Positions 23,897-36,522 of a stretch of 64,000 nucleotides of DNA are shown here, one piece after another. This DNA comes from Chrysomallon squamiferum. Lineage: Eukaryota; Animalia; Mollusca. Below the pieces are notes generated by a model. It was not told the DNA's origin. It worked only from the letters and a program-made list of their open reading frames with translations, and made no database searches. A program made the translations under genes and the position numbers. Position 1 is the stretch's first letter; the number at the start of each line of letters is the position of its first letter. The DNA lies in assembly GCA_012295275.1 (NCBI GenBank), contig CM022666.1, positions 7,130,001 to 7,194,000 of the forward strand, written 5' to 3'.

Positions 23897-25134
23897 TGTC
23901 ACAGGGATCCTATAATGCCTGTAACTGAATAAAAGACGATTATCCAAAATACCTCTCCTAAGTGGATATCTATTAGATCTCTGTGTATGGGGTAGTTCGA
24001 TACCCAAGTGGCTTGGCTGTAGGTATGATTAGAGATAAGATCTTGTATAAAGTATATATAATGTAGCACGTTAGTTCACTAGAAAACACAATAAGACACA
24101 ATACACTTTGGAATCTGTATTAACCCTAAGCTGACAAATATATTTGCCACAGTTAAATATCTAACAACAACGATAATAATAACAACCCAGAACTACTCAC
24201 TTAATTAGTTAATCGCTGGGTGTCTCGGTTACCGCGATACAACACATATTGAGTGATAATTGAGAAATGCAGCCAGGGAAACTTAATAAAGGAATCACAA
24301 TTCTATTCCCCTAACTGGTTAATTTTTAATTAGCCCTTAACTACTCATTCAGTAACCTTGTAATTAATACTGGTATCTATCAGCACAATAATGACAATAA
24401 CCTACGGTTTACCTAGGTCCACTAGAATGACTGGCTAAGCTTTAATAATTTTAGACAGTGAAGCCTACAATTTACTTCGTCTTAATAATATCGGTATAAC
24501 ACAGTAATAAAATATTTTAGTGACATCAATCACATCAAGATTATACAACAGAGCAGAAAATATAAAATGATCAAGTCCTGTCGGACTAACGTTCCCCGGT
24601 ACTGTCCCTGTTTCTCTTGAACCTTGAATAGATGGATGGATAACTCTTTTTACGTGCCCACGTCCAATTCAAGGTTCGGGCACGCCTATCCCGGATCCGA
24701 TCTCTGGGATCGCCAGGGATGGGTTCCGGGACAGGAGATGAACCTTGAATAAATAAATTAACGTGCTAATCCTCTCTATTTATTACAATTTAGAATATGG
24801 CGTCGGGGCACAAGGCGGTACCAAATACCTACAAGTGATATTTGCACCGCGACCCCGACGGCATATTTTCTTAGATGGTCAGACTTACTGTCGCCAGTTC
24901 ACAGACAATACCCTGGTCGTAAACAAGAACTAGCAGATGTATTGTGTAAGTACTGGCCATATGGCCTCCACATGTTCTAGTTGTGTATTGGGGGGTGGGG
25001 GGGTAAATGTCGCGAGGAGGAGTTATGTAACAAAGTGTCCACCTAGTCTAAGTGTATAATGGGTCTGGACACTGCCCTCTAAAACAATTAATATCGCCAC
25101 AGGCGAAAAGAAATTAAGAGCATGTTCCGTCACA
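23897..25134. mobile_element. Probable solo LTR (Gypsy/BEL-like)
   Basis: Complex, GC-richer 1.24 kb block bounded by TGTCACA...GTCACA (TG...CA termini, imperfect terminal inverted repeat), flanked by near-identical 5-mers CTAAG (23892-23896) and CTATG (25135-25139). No gag/pol seen. Confidence 0.55.
24618..24751 (-). mobile_element. Short structured insert (SINE/LINE 3'-end-like) between 13-bp direct repeats
   Basis: TGAACCTTGAATA at 24618-24630 and 24739-24751; two internal hairpins; short (ATCC)n tail on the minus strand. Confidence 0.55.
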
Positions 25135-25343
25135 CTATGCATAATAATAATTAAAAAAAAAAAATAACTGTGAGAGGAGACTTCCTGGACAACTACAACA
25201 ACTGTACAGAAGACGCCGTATGGCACAAGAAGTGATCTACAGAGAACAGTATCATTCAGTCTCTCCAGGCATCAAAAAAAAAAAATAATAATAAAATAAA
25301 ATAAATAAATAAATAAATAAATAAACAAACAAACAAAAACCCC

Positions 25344-25396
<53 letters not shown>

Positions 25397-26229
25397 GAGA
25401 ACGTTTGTGGAAAAACAAAAACAAAATCCTTTAAACTACGTAAATCGTAAGAGATATTTGTGCATTTCTCTGTATGAAGTGACGTCACAAGAAAGAGACT
25501 ACGTCGGTCTCCATGCATCCTCATCTAATTATTTTATAATTAATTTTCACATTTCTAGAGCTTGGCTCTGTTTTTACTTGTATCATAACTACATGAGTTT
25601 TGTATAAAATACCGATTTCGCATTTAAATTGTATAATATTAGTTCTTCACGAGAGCTTGGACGAGAAGAAAAAATAATAATAATGCGCTCAACGCTTATG
25701 GACCTAAACCTATCGCAAAAATGATTATCATTTAGAAATTTCGTTTCTTTGAAATAAATAAATAAAGTAAAATTAAATTAAATTAAATAAAAATAAAGTT
25801 AAAAAGAATTCAAATAAGTTAATTTTTTTTTTTTTTTTTTTTTAAATTACCTTTAGTAAGCACAAAGTGGATTATAAAAGCTTTGTCACGTAGCTCAAAT
25901 ACACATTTAGAAAGATTTTAAAAGATTACGTTTTTCTTTCTTTTAATGAAAAGCGAAATCTAAAAGCCGTAATCTGTTGCTCGGAACGTTTCAGTCAGAA
26001 TGTTGACAGTTGGTATTCAGCGTGCCTCGTTGTGCATTAACAAATCAATAGATTGGTCATTATCTGAAAGAAAATTACTATTACAGAAAGTCGTGTGTGT
26101 GACACTGAATACGACCAAGTTTCCGTCTGCAACCCCAGTTCAGGAAATCAGAAAGTCGATCAAAGAACGTTAATAAACTGTAGTGTAGGATTACATCCAC
26201 AGCCGTTGTAGTAACCTAATTCAGTAATT

Positions 26230-26900
26230 GCTACCTGGTGTGGGGTATGTTCACTAATCTAGTTCTGTTTTTTTTTTTTTTTGGTTTTTGTGGGGGCTTT
26301 TTCTTTTCTGAGCGGTATTTACCGTTCGAAAGGGGTGGTGCGCTTTACTCTGTTTCTGTATTTGGTAATTACTCCATGGGGAAGGTATCACCATTGGTTT
26401 TGTTTTAATGCTAAAGGTCAGGGCGATATCCTTTGACGGGGGATGTGCGCTTTTGTCAGGTCCAGGTTTTTTTTCGTATCAGGGCCTTAATTACTGTATG
26501 GGAAGGCTGTGCACATTGATTTTGTCCTATGGTTAAGGACAGGGCAGTAATTATCAATAACTGGGTTTGTAAATAATCTTGCTCAGTGGTTCATCTCAAG
26601 GTGTGCACTTCTGTTTGTTTCTGTATTTTAATATCGGGCCGAAATTACTCCATAAGAAACACATGTACTTGTATCTTGTTAATCATAGGGTTAAGGCCAG
26701 GACAGTAATTACTTCTGGGATGGAGAATGTACATAGATTTATTGTCAGTTAAATCTAAAAAACAAGTCCACAGAATCATTTACTTTTGGGAAGAATATCT
26801 GCTTTGTTTTACTATGAGTCTGTTAATTCTCTGCTCACTGAGGTAACCTAAAGATGGGTACACTAATTTTGCTATGTTCGTATTGGTCAGTTGCATCTAT
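26230..26900. repeat. Highly degenerate tandem repeat (~60/120 bp periodicity)
   Basis: Recurrent AATTACT..ATGGGAAGG and GGTTAAGG.CAGGGCAGTAATTA motifs. Confidence 0.55.
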
Positions 26901-27088
26901 TAGGAATAAGACAATACACAAATGTATCTGTTAATAACAGTTGATATTCTTGATTCATCTACTGGACGTCAGACAAACATATATGAGTATATACAGACAG
27001 ACACTTATTTTACACACATATCCGAATGCGCATATACAGACGCATACAAAGAAACACATACATAAAACACGTACAGGTGTTCACAGTT

Positions 27089-27119
<31 letters not shown>

Positions 27120-27139
27120 ATCGTTACAACGAATAAAGG

Positions 27140-27400
27140 AATATTTATTTAATGATGTGTCGACACCTTTCAACACTTGTTAAAAATGGAGTTTAAGAGA
27201 GATGAAATGGTTAACATTTATTTAACATATCAACACATTTTTGTTACTGATTGTTATTAACTGGCAAACATTTACGCACCATGACCACATCTGAGAAAAG
27301 AAAGGTGCGTCACCATTTAGCAGCAAGGCTTATTTTTCCTAATGTTCCAGAGGAGATGAAATTCTATTACTACAAAGGTTTACTCTTTGTTAATGGCGAG
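27140..27400 (-). mobile_element. Degenerate SINE-like fragment, same family as 9820-10102, reverse orientation
   Basis: ATTTATTTAAC...CAACACATTTT tail complement and TTAGCAGCAAGG core. Confidence 0.4.
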
Positions 27401-27954
27401 TTGTGTCAGATACGGTTTCTATTGCATCGTGTTCAATGTCAGCCCAGCACGCCTTTGAAATAATGTTATCTTTGACCCGCCATCATCCAAGATGGTCGGA
27501 TGTCAATACGGCTGTAATAAACAGCTATTCCAGATTTTTTTTTAAAAACACGACTTGGGTCTGTCATGTTTTACGCGTTCATGGACACTTGCTTTGTTAG
27601 CACAACCGAATGAGACAAAGATCAGTGAATCGTTCTTGATGACAAAACTAAACGCTACGTAATTATTCAACCAGAAAATAATCATTAAAACTCGGTTCGA
27701 TGCCATTGATTGGTTTGTAATTTCGCTGGAACATTCAGTTTGGCTTGGCTCTGGTTTTCGTTGTCATTGGGATTAACCAGTTATTATATGTGTAAATCTG
27801 AATGTGAAGACTTGACAAAAAAGAAAGAAAGAAAAAAAAAAGTACTTGTATGGTCAATACTGTAAGTACCTTTAACGTGTACGTTTCTGAAATGTAGAAG
27901 GTTTTAACCAATAGGATGTAATACTCAACGTTCTTAAAGATTTTCATTTCTGTC

Positions 27955-28400
27955 TTTAGCTTTAGAGTGGATGGGAATTCAGCGAAAATCCTGCATTCAG
28001 AGTGAACGTGGATTGATTCAGTGAAAATTCGACTTTGAATGTGGACGGGAACTCAGTTCGTGAAAGTGTGTTCTTGAGCAGACGAGGAATACTGTAACGA
28101 AAACTCGAAGTTTAGACTAGATGGAGATTTAGTGAGTTTTATAACAGCCGGTTAATGATTTAGTAAAAAAAAAAAAAAAAAAATCGAGTATTACCGTGAA
28201 CAGAGAATTCTTATTCAGAGAAAACTAAAATTGTATAACAGCCGTTTAATCATTTAGTGAAAATTCGAAAAAAAAATCGAGTATTACCGTGAACAGGGAA
28301 TTCTTACATCAGTGAAAACAAGATTATTACAACAGTCTGTTAATCATTTACTGATAAACCGAGTACTCAATGAAAACTAGTTTTAATGTTATCTGGAATT
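27955..28400. repeat. Degenerate ~35-40 bp tandem repeat just upstream of the sulfotransferase ATG
   Basis: Recurrent TTCAGTGAAAA(T/C)TCGA and GTGAACAG.GAATTC motifs; near-exact duplicate ATCGAGTATTACCGTGAACAG at ~28182 and ~28277. Confidence 0.65.
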
Positions 28401-28547
28401 CCATGAGTAAAAGTTGCCATTTTGTACATTGCCTGTTATTAAATTAATCTGGTTTTAAGTTGACAGTTGGCACGAATTCACGAGTGAAATTTGACGTTTT
28501 GTAAATTGCCCGTTGTTAATTAAACCAGTATTATTTTAAGTCGCGCG

Positions 28548-28896
28548 ATGTCTCAGAAATTCTCTCACAAGCTTCCTGGAGAACATGTTTATGATGGTTC
28601 CCTGTTCTTCGGGTTTAGTCCACCTGAAATCCTCGATGCTGTCAAGGAATTTGAAGTACGGGATGATGATGTTTTCATAGTGACCTATCCTAAAGCAGGT
28701 TGGTTAAAAATATTCATTATAAAATTTGTTGTTTTGAAATACTGTATTCCTGGCTGTTACCATCTTCGTATTTCAGTATTAGTCGTTATGTGTCTGTATT
28801 TGTATACTGGCATACATGTTTGTTTGTTTGTTTGTGTGTGTGCGCGCGTGCGTTTTTGTGCTTATACAACATGTGCAGCATACATGGACTTTTTCA

Positions 28897-28963
<67 letters not shown>

Positions 28964-28990
28964 TTTAATAAAATTCTCAAATAATCACGA

Positions 28991-29027
<37 letters not shown>

Positions 29028-30652
29028 GACAAGCAGTCAGTAAATTACGTAGTCATGATTACATTTTTCACACTTAGTTAACAGAGTAGATATACTGGTT
29101 TTATTAATTTCACGCGAAACGCAATATCCGGGCTGTTTTACGTAACACTGAATTACTGCGCAGTCCATCCATTATTTGTCTCCACTTTTTAAACCTCGTT
29201 TTTGGTATCCTGAAGTTTGTTAGTACGGTTAAATATAAATTTATTGTACATATCTGATTTTCTGTTTACGTGATATTTAAAAATTATTATATATATATAT
29301 ATATTTGTTTTTTCTCACAAATTTAATTCAACACCTGCAAACAGCAAAAACACAACAACAAACAAAACAAAAACAACAACAAAAACAAACAAAACAACAA
29401 CTACAACCCCCCCAAAAAACGTAAGAACAACAACAAAACACTTGAGAATAAAGTGAAAAACAAGTTGAAATTGAATAATTGTGTATTTTGTAAGGGACAT
29501 GTTTATTGCAAGTTTTTTGGGGTATACGCAAAAAAGTGAATCTGGAACAACTGCAGATGCACGTGCAAATAGGGTATGCCACAAATGACGCCCGAACATC
29601 GCGAGTAAGCTGTGGATATGGCACAGACGAGATCTACTCAGTCCTGTAATGGAAGGAATCTTCGATTGTTCCCGTGTTACTTTAACCAGCTGCAGGCAAC
29701 TGGTTGGGCAGACGTCTGACAAATCCATAGTGACGTCATCAGCGACGAATGCCTTACGTCATAGTGTTAACCACCAGACAGTGGCCAGGCGACAAGTGGT
29801 TCACTGAAAAAAAAAAAAAAAAAAGGAATACAGACCACACTGAGGACAGTTATTCACAGCGCAAAATCGCTATCTGAAATTAAGATTTGGCTGTAAAACA
29901 GTGTCAGCGAGATGACTGGCAGAGGGTAATCTTCATTGATGAAAATATTGTTTTTCTTTTCTTTTCTTTCTTCTTCTCTTCCCTTCTTCCTTTTATTATT
30001 TATTTATTTATTTATTTATTGAGGCTTTCTGACGATATTAATTAAACAAGATTCTTAAAAGTTATACCGGCGAATGCGCCTTTACTGATTGGTGATGTAA
30101 TACATATTTTTATTCCACGGCACTGGATTTCTGTAGGGGATGACATCGGCTTTAATTGCGTAGCTGATGGAATTTCCGCTGAATGTGTTTCGGCATAAAC
30201 GATATGAATCGCGGGTAATGACTATCACAAATTTTAATAAATCGATAAGTAGGGGGAAAAAAATCTCTACTAGTTTCCTTCTGTTTTAGAATTAATGAAT
30301 AAATATTTATTTAACGACATTCCAGCACTTGTAAACAGTACGTAAGGTTTCAGATATAAGTTTATTTTTGCGGAGAAAGATGATATAAGATAGGAAACCG
30401 TTTCTTGTTCTTTTCTCGACCGCTATCACACACCGAGTCTGTTTGACGATTACTTGCAAGGGTTATTTTAAAACAACACCAGTAATTAACTAGTATACTA
30501 CTACTATTGCTACTGCAAGCACTACTGCTACCGCGCTAACCACTACCATTATACCAACACCAACATTACTACTATTATCACTTTCAGTACTGTTTCAATC
30601 ACAGTTACTATCACTATCGCTGCTGTTGTTATTACTGCTATTGCTACTACTG

Positions 30653-30692
<40 letters not shown>

Positions 30693-30841
30693 TGCTGCTG
30701 CTACTACTGCTTAATTACTGCAGCTGTTACTTTTGTTACTTTAGGTACTATTACTATTAGAACAACTATTACTATTATTACCATTACTACTATGACTACT
30801 ACTACTACTATTAGCGCTAATAATACTACTACTAATGCAAC

Positions 30842-30874
<33 letters not shown>

Positions 30875-31252
30875 TAATAATAACAACAATGATGATGATG
30901 ATGATGAAAATTATAACGATAATGGTGATTTGATGACGATGATGATGACGACGTTTTTCCAGGCACTACATGGATGCAGGAAATCGTCTGGCTGGTGATG
31001 CACGATGGGAATTTTCAAGAAGCTCGAAAGAAGCAGGTTTACTTCCGATCGGCGTTCCTGGAATTCAAAGATGAAGTACTGAACGAGATTGGTCTTGATT
31101 TAGCCAATCCAATGCCGTCTCCTCGCGTCATCAAGTCACACTTACAAGTGAAGTGGATGCCTCGCCAGATACACCAGAAAAACTGCAAGGTTAGATTTTT
31201 TTTTATTTAGCTTCTGTTTATAGCTATTGTAGCTATATATGAATCATTTTGA

Positions 31253-31335
<83 letters not shown>

Positions 31336-31360
31336 AGGTGATCCATCCGTAGCTATCTAT

Positions 31361-31448
<88 letters not shown>

Positions 31449-31502
31449 ATCCATCCATCCATCCATCCATCCATCCATCCATCTCTCTATCTATTTATCT
31501 GT

Positions 31503-31555
<53 letters not shown>

Positions 31556-31926
31556 ACGGCCTGCATGCCTGCCTGCCTGTCTGTCTGTCTCTCTGAATGT
31601 CTTTCTAAATATCTATCTATCCATACCTTGGTCTTTCAATTTATTTACCTCTGTCCGTTTTTGTTTTTGTTTTTATCTCTTTGTCCATCTGTATTTGTCT
31701 GTGTGTCTGTCTTTCAGTCTATGTATTTCTTGATTTGTAGATAATTGTAATGTTCAGAAACCCTAAGGACCTGTGTGTGTCTTACTACCACTTCTACAAA
31801 AGCAGCTCGTCACTGGGGAACTTCACTGGAAGTTGGGCTGAGTTTCTCAACATGTTTTTATGTGGGCACGGTAAGACGTTGTTGTTGTTGTTGTTGATGT
31901 TGCTGCTGCTGCGATTATTGTTGTTG

Positions 31927-31958
<32 letters not shown>

Positions 31959-34115
31959 TTATGGTCGTAAAAATATATTTATATTAAATTTTTAACAGTA
32001 CGGAAATCCACGAACGAATGTTAACGATTGGTAACGGAATATTACGAGGCTGATAAAGTTTTTTGTCATTTTGCCGAAAATTACGTCTATCTATAGCTAA
32101 TTATTTTATATAAAGTCGTTCATTGTCATATAATGATTGTTTTAAAAATTTAAATTCAGATATATTTTATTTTCAATATCAAAATCGGAGTGTTTAGTAA
32201 TCTTACTATTAAAATTGCATTTAAATGATATATGTAACTTTACAAATTAAAAAAAAAGAAAAAAAAAAGTTATTATTATTGTTGTTGTTGTTGTTGTTGT
32301 TGTTGTCATCACTACTACTACTATTGATACTACTAATGATGATGATGAAGATGAAAATAAATAAACAGTAACTGTACTGTGATTTATAACTTTTCAATTT
32401 AGACTGTAAATATTTTTTCTCAGTTGATCACGGAAGTTGGTTTGACTTCACGCGCAGTTGGTGGGACATGCGCAATGACCCAAAAGTGAAAATCGTATTT
32501 TATGAAGACTTAAAGAAGGTTTGTTGTTGATAAGTGAAAATAAATGAGATATTCAACAGTTTTTAAATGCATTTAAACATGTAGTATGCTTTAAAATAAT
32601 AATAATAATAATCATAAAAAATTAGTCATATGAGATACTCTTCATCAATAACAGCTTTTATAAAAATTTGGTAATATTTCTAAAATTAACAATTATAACA
32701 ATTTTATAACGTATAACAAAGATTAACATGATAACTGTTTTACACAGTAATATTTTTAAAATGTCTTATAATCTAACATAACAATTTTATAAAATATAAC
32801 AAATTATAACACAATAACAGTTGTATAATGTAATATTTCTAAAATGTTATGTAACAGTCTAACATAACAAATTATAACATAGGAACTGCTTCTAAAATGT
32901 CATACAATTTAAATATAATCTAACATAACAATTTTAAAAAGTATAACATATTATAACAATTTTTTCGACGTAATATATCTAAAATGTCACATAACTTTAA
33001 CATAACATTTTTTATATCGTAAGTACAAAGTATATATTACAACAGTAGCATAATGTGATATTTCTAAAATGTTATATAAATTAAGCCTAGCCTAACACAA
33101 CAGTTTCTTAAAGTACAATATAATCATATATTTTATATATCTGAAAATGAAAGTTTCTAGAAAAAGACAACATAATTTTTTTATTTTATCAAAAAGACGA
33201 TGCACTTTCACATATATTTTATTTTTTTTTTTTTTTTATTTAGGTTCCGAATTTGAGAAAACATATAATTCAAGAGAAGACAAATACAACATAATTTTAT
33301 AATTTTAACATAAATTTATAATTTTAACATAACACGATAAACTTTAACATAAATATTTTTTTTACTTTCAGTTTCAGAATCTGTCAAACACGTGACTTTC
33401 TAGAGAAAGACAAACACAACATAATTTTATGATTTTAATAATCACCACAAACTCTAACATAAACATTTGTATAACTTTCCATTTCAGAATCTGTGATAAA
33501 AGTGAGTTTCTGGACAAAGACAAATACAACATAATTTCATAATTTTAACATAAATACGAAATACTTTAACACAAACGTTTTATTTCAGAATCTGTTTAAA
33601 TCTGTAGAAAGTTTGTGTGAGTTCCTAGACAAGCCTCTCTCACTAGACTTGATAGATCAAATCGCTAGACACTGCTCTTTTGACAAGATGAAACAGAATC
33701 CTATGACAAACCATGAAGATGTTTACTCCATCAATGCAGAAATCTCCCCACTGTTACGTAAAGGTAATTTTTAAAAAAAATTAGTTAATTAATTTACCTA
33801 GTTGTGTTAGTCTTTCTTTCTTCCTTATTATTTTAATTTTTTTTATGTAGTAATCAAGATTTTTTTTTTTAATTCTTTCTTTGTTTCCTAATTTTACTTT
33901 TCATTTGAATTATTTGATTTTATCTTTTATTTTTATTTCTTTATTTTTTCTTTATTTTTTAAATTTATTTTTAATAAATTTTTAATTTAATTATATATAT
34001 ATATATTTAATTTATTAATTTTTCTTTTATAATATTTATGTATAATGTGTATGTGTCACATAATATTAATAATAACAATAACAATAACAATAACAACAAC
34101 AACAATAACAGTAAC

Positions 34116-34167
<52 letters not shown>

Positions 34168-34369
34168 GTAATAACAATAATAGTAATAATAATAGTAATA
34201 GTAATAATAACAACAACAATAATAATAACAATGATGATGATTCTTTTTTACAGGTGTTGTTGGAGACTGGAAAAATTATTTCACTGTGAACCAAAACGAA
34301 GAGTTTGACAGGGTGTATCAGGAACTCGTTGGAGATCTGAATATACCATTTCAGTACGACAGATACTAA
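28548..34369 (+). CDS. Cytosolic PAPS-dependent sulfotransferase (SULT1-like), 297 aa, 6 exons
   Basis: Exons 28548-28698, 30963-31189, 31741-31870, 32424-32518, 33589-33763, 34254-34369. Motifs: 5'-PSB loop TYPKAGTTW, catalytic IKSHL, 3'-[20 protein letters not shown], and [21 protein letters not shown]. Confidence 0.95.
29576..29945 (+). pseudogene. Decayed Tc1/mariner transposase fragment in sulfotransferase intron 1
   Basis: ATG 29576 reads [16 protein letters not shown] (Tc1-type N-terminus with a stop); NHQTVARR resembles the second HTH; WQRVIFIDE at ~29915-29945 matches the first catalytic-Asp motif WxxVIFSDE. Confidence 0.7.
30295..30480 (-). mobile_element. Degenerate SINE-like fragment
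   Basis: TATTTATTTAACGAC tail complement, AGGAAACCG and GCAAGGG core words shared with the 27140 fragment. Confidence 0.35.
31255..31595. repeat. Compound microsatellite (CT)n-(ATCT)n-(GTCT)n-(ATCC)n
   Basis: Directly visible. One of many microsatellites in the window (AAT, ACT, AG, AC, ATGT, ATTT). Confidence 0.95.
32640..33640 (+). repeat. AT-rich degenerate repeats; the 3' units (~105-130 bp) duplicate the sulfotransferase exon 5 acceptor
   Basis: TTTCAGAATCTGT at 33372, 33482 and 33583 (the true acceptor); AAGACAAA.ACAACATAATTT recurs in each upstream unit. Confidence 0.75.
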
Positions 34370-34929
34370 AGTTATCGAAAGTTCGGAATAAAAAAATTAG
34401 TCGAAACGAAGGAAATAGACAAAAGAAACAAAATAAACAAAAATAGAGAGAGAAAAAAAATAAAGAAATAAAAAAGATGGAAAAAAAAATGAAGCGACAG
34501 AGTGAAAAAAAAAAAAAAAGAGTTACGGAATTTAGTTATGTATTATAAAATGTATACTATTTCTTTTTTTTTTTTTATTTATTTATTTATTTATTTATTT
34601 ATTCGAAACAAAGTAACTAACTTAATAGCAAATTAGAATGCATAAATTAAGTAAAATCGAGTAATAGTAATTAAGTATCAAAATTAACGGATTCTAAGAC
34701 ATTTACTTTTGAATAAATTTTTAATTTAGTTACTTAATATTTATATATTTATTTACTATGCTGTGAATGACGTGAAAGACTTCGAGGAAAGAACTGAAAC
34801 TAGGTTCAGCAACTGGCCTAGAGTTTGCTGCTTTTAGTTACCTTTATTATTAGGAAAGATCAGTGTTAACCAGTTTTGTTGTTACTGCGTCATATGTATC
34901 TTTATAATTTTAGCAGGGATTATTTCCAT

Positions 34930-34960
<31 letters not shown>

Positions 34961-35602
34961 GTATATGTATATATTACAGAAAATATGCATAATTCCTGAA
35001 ATTGTCTGAAAATATATGTAGTATCTGATTCACTCAGAAAACTGGCAATGCAAATTGATCATCCTCTAACTGCAGTCTGTGGATGATTTCATGAGGGTAG
35101 ATGATGACAGGACAGTGTAAGCATTAGGGACCAATCGTGTTGCAAAGGGGGAACAACTTAAATCCACTGTGAAGTCCGGAGTTGTTCTGAAACTGAACAA
35201 ATTTGAGTCCCACAGTCTGTTTACGTGCATTGTTATCTCCTAACCAACAAACAAGCATGTCCTTAATGTCAGTTTGCTGTTTCTACAAACCCTTGGCTCT
35301 GAGGGTGCCTGGGTTTGTCTATAGACCATCACCAAATCTGGCCACATTACTTAAATATATTTTATGAAATTTTCAGGAATTATTGCTGGAGTTGTTGTCT
35401 TTTTCATCATCATCATTAGTGGATATCCACCTTTATTTGAAGTAATATATGTATACATATACATACACATACACTTATTTAATAATTTTGGTTATATTGC
35501 AGAGTTTTATTTTATTTATTTATTTTGAATTATGATTTTGTGGTAACGTTTCTTCTTTGATGTACAAAGATAATTCAGTATTTAAATGAAATTTTGTTCT
35601 TT

Positions 35603-35647
<45 letters not shown>

Positions 35648-36470
35648 TAAAAATATATAATTTATATTTTATATTTAGTCCTAAAAATATGCTTTTTAAA
35701 TAAATAAAAAATAATAATAATAATTATTAAAAAAAATAAAAAAATAAAATGATATATTTTATATCTAGTCCTAAAAATGTCTTTAAAACATAATAATATT
35801 TAAAAAAATAAAATAAAATAAATAATAATAATAATATCACGCCCACTAAAGAACGATATGAATGAATCACAACAGGTATGCATTTTGTACATTATATTAC
35901 TAAAAAATAATACTGTATAACTAAGAAAAATAACGCTTAATCCATCCGTGCCTACACTGGTGTATATAAATAACGTTTTTCAAAAAGAATATATACAGAC
36001 ACTTCTTAAGAATTCAGTTTTCATTAAGCATTGCGGTTGTGACGTATTTTGCACTGCATGACGTCATGTTAACAATGGTGAAATGGCTTACTACGACTAC
36101 TAGTACTGCTACTACTGATGATGACTACAGAGATAACAACAGCAATAACTGAGAAAAATTATTATTATTATTATTATTATTATTGTTTTATTCATAAAAC
36201 ATCCAAATACACCTGTTCATATTAAGCTATGTTGTTATTTTTGTTACAATATAGTGCTGAAGAAATAAAATAAATTACATCGTTACCGTTTTATTTTTTT
36301 CTTATTATTGTTTTCTTTTAAATATTAGTTAATTTTGTGTCACGCAATTTAAATAACAAAACAAATTTACAAAAATATATTAAGTAAGGCAAAGGAGTAC
36401 TCAGAACTTTTTATTTAAAACGTCTATTATTTTTTATAATCTAAGCACGTCTTTGCTTCTTTTATTATTA

Positions 36471-36522
<52 letters not shown>

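Noticed and set aside
24121-24129. Telomere-like TAACCCTAA
   Set aside because: Only about 1.5 units, not an interstitial telomeric array.
24618-24751. Assignment to a known ribozyme class (hammerhead, HDV, pistol)
   Set aside because: No CUGANGA/GAAA core and no HDV P3/P1.1 elements. Resemblance to pistol is topological only. Kept as an unclassified structure.
34007-34308. Poly-Leu/Asn/Ile ORFs (also the poly-SL, RE, HT, YVCM and T/V ORFs elsewhere)
   Set aside because: Translations of microsatellites in introns or intergenic DNA.
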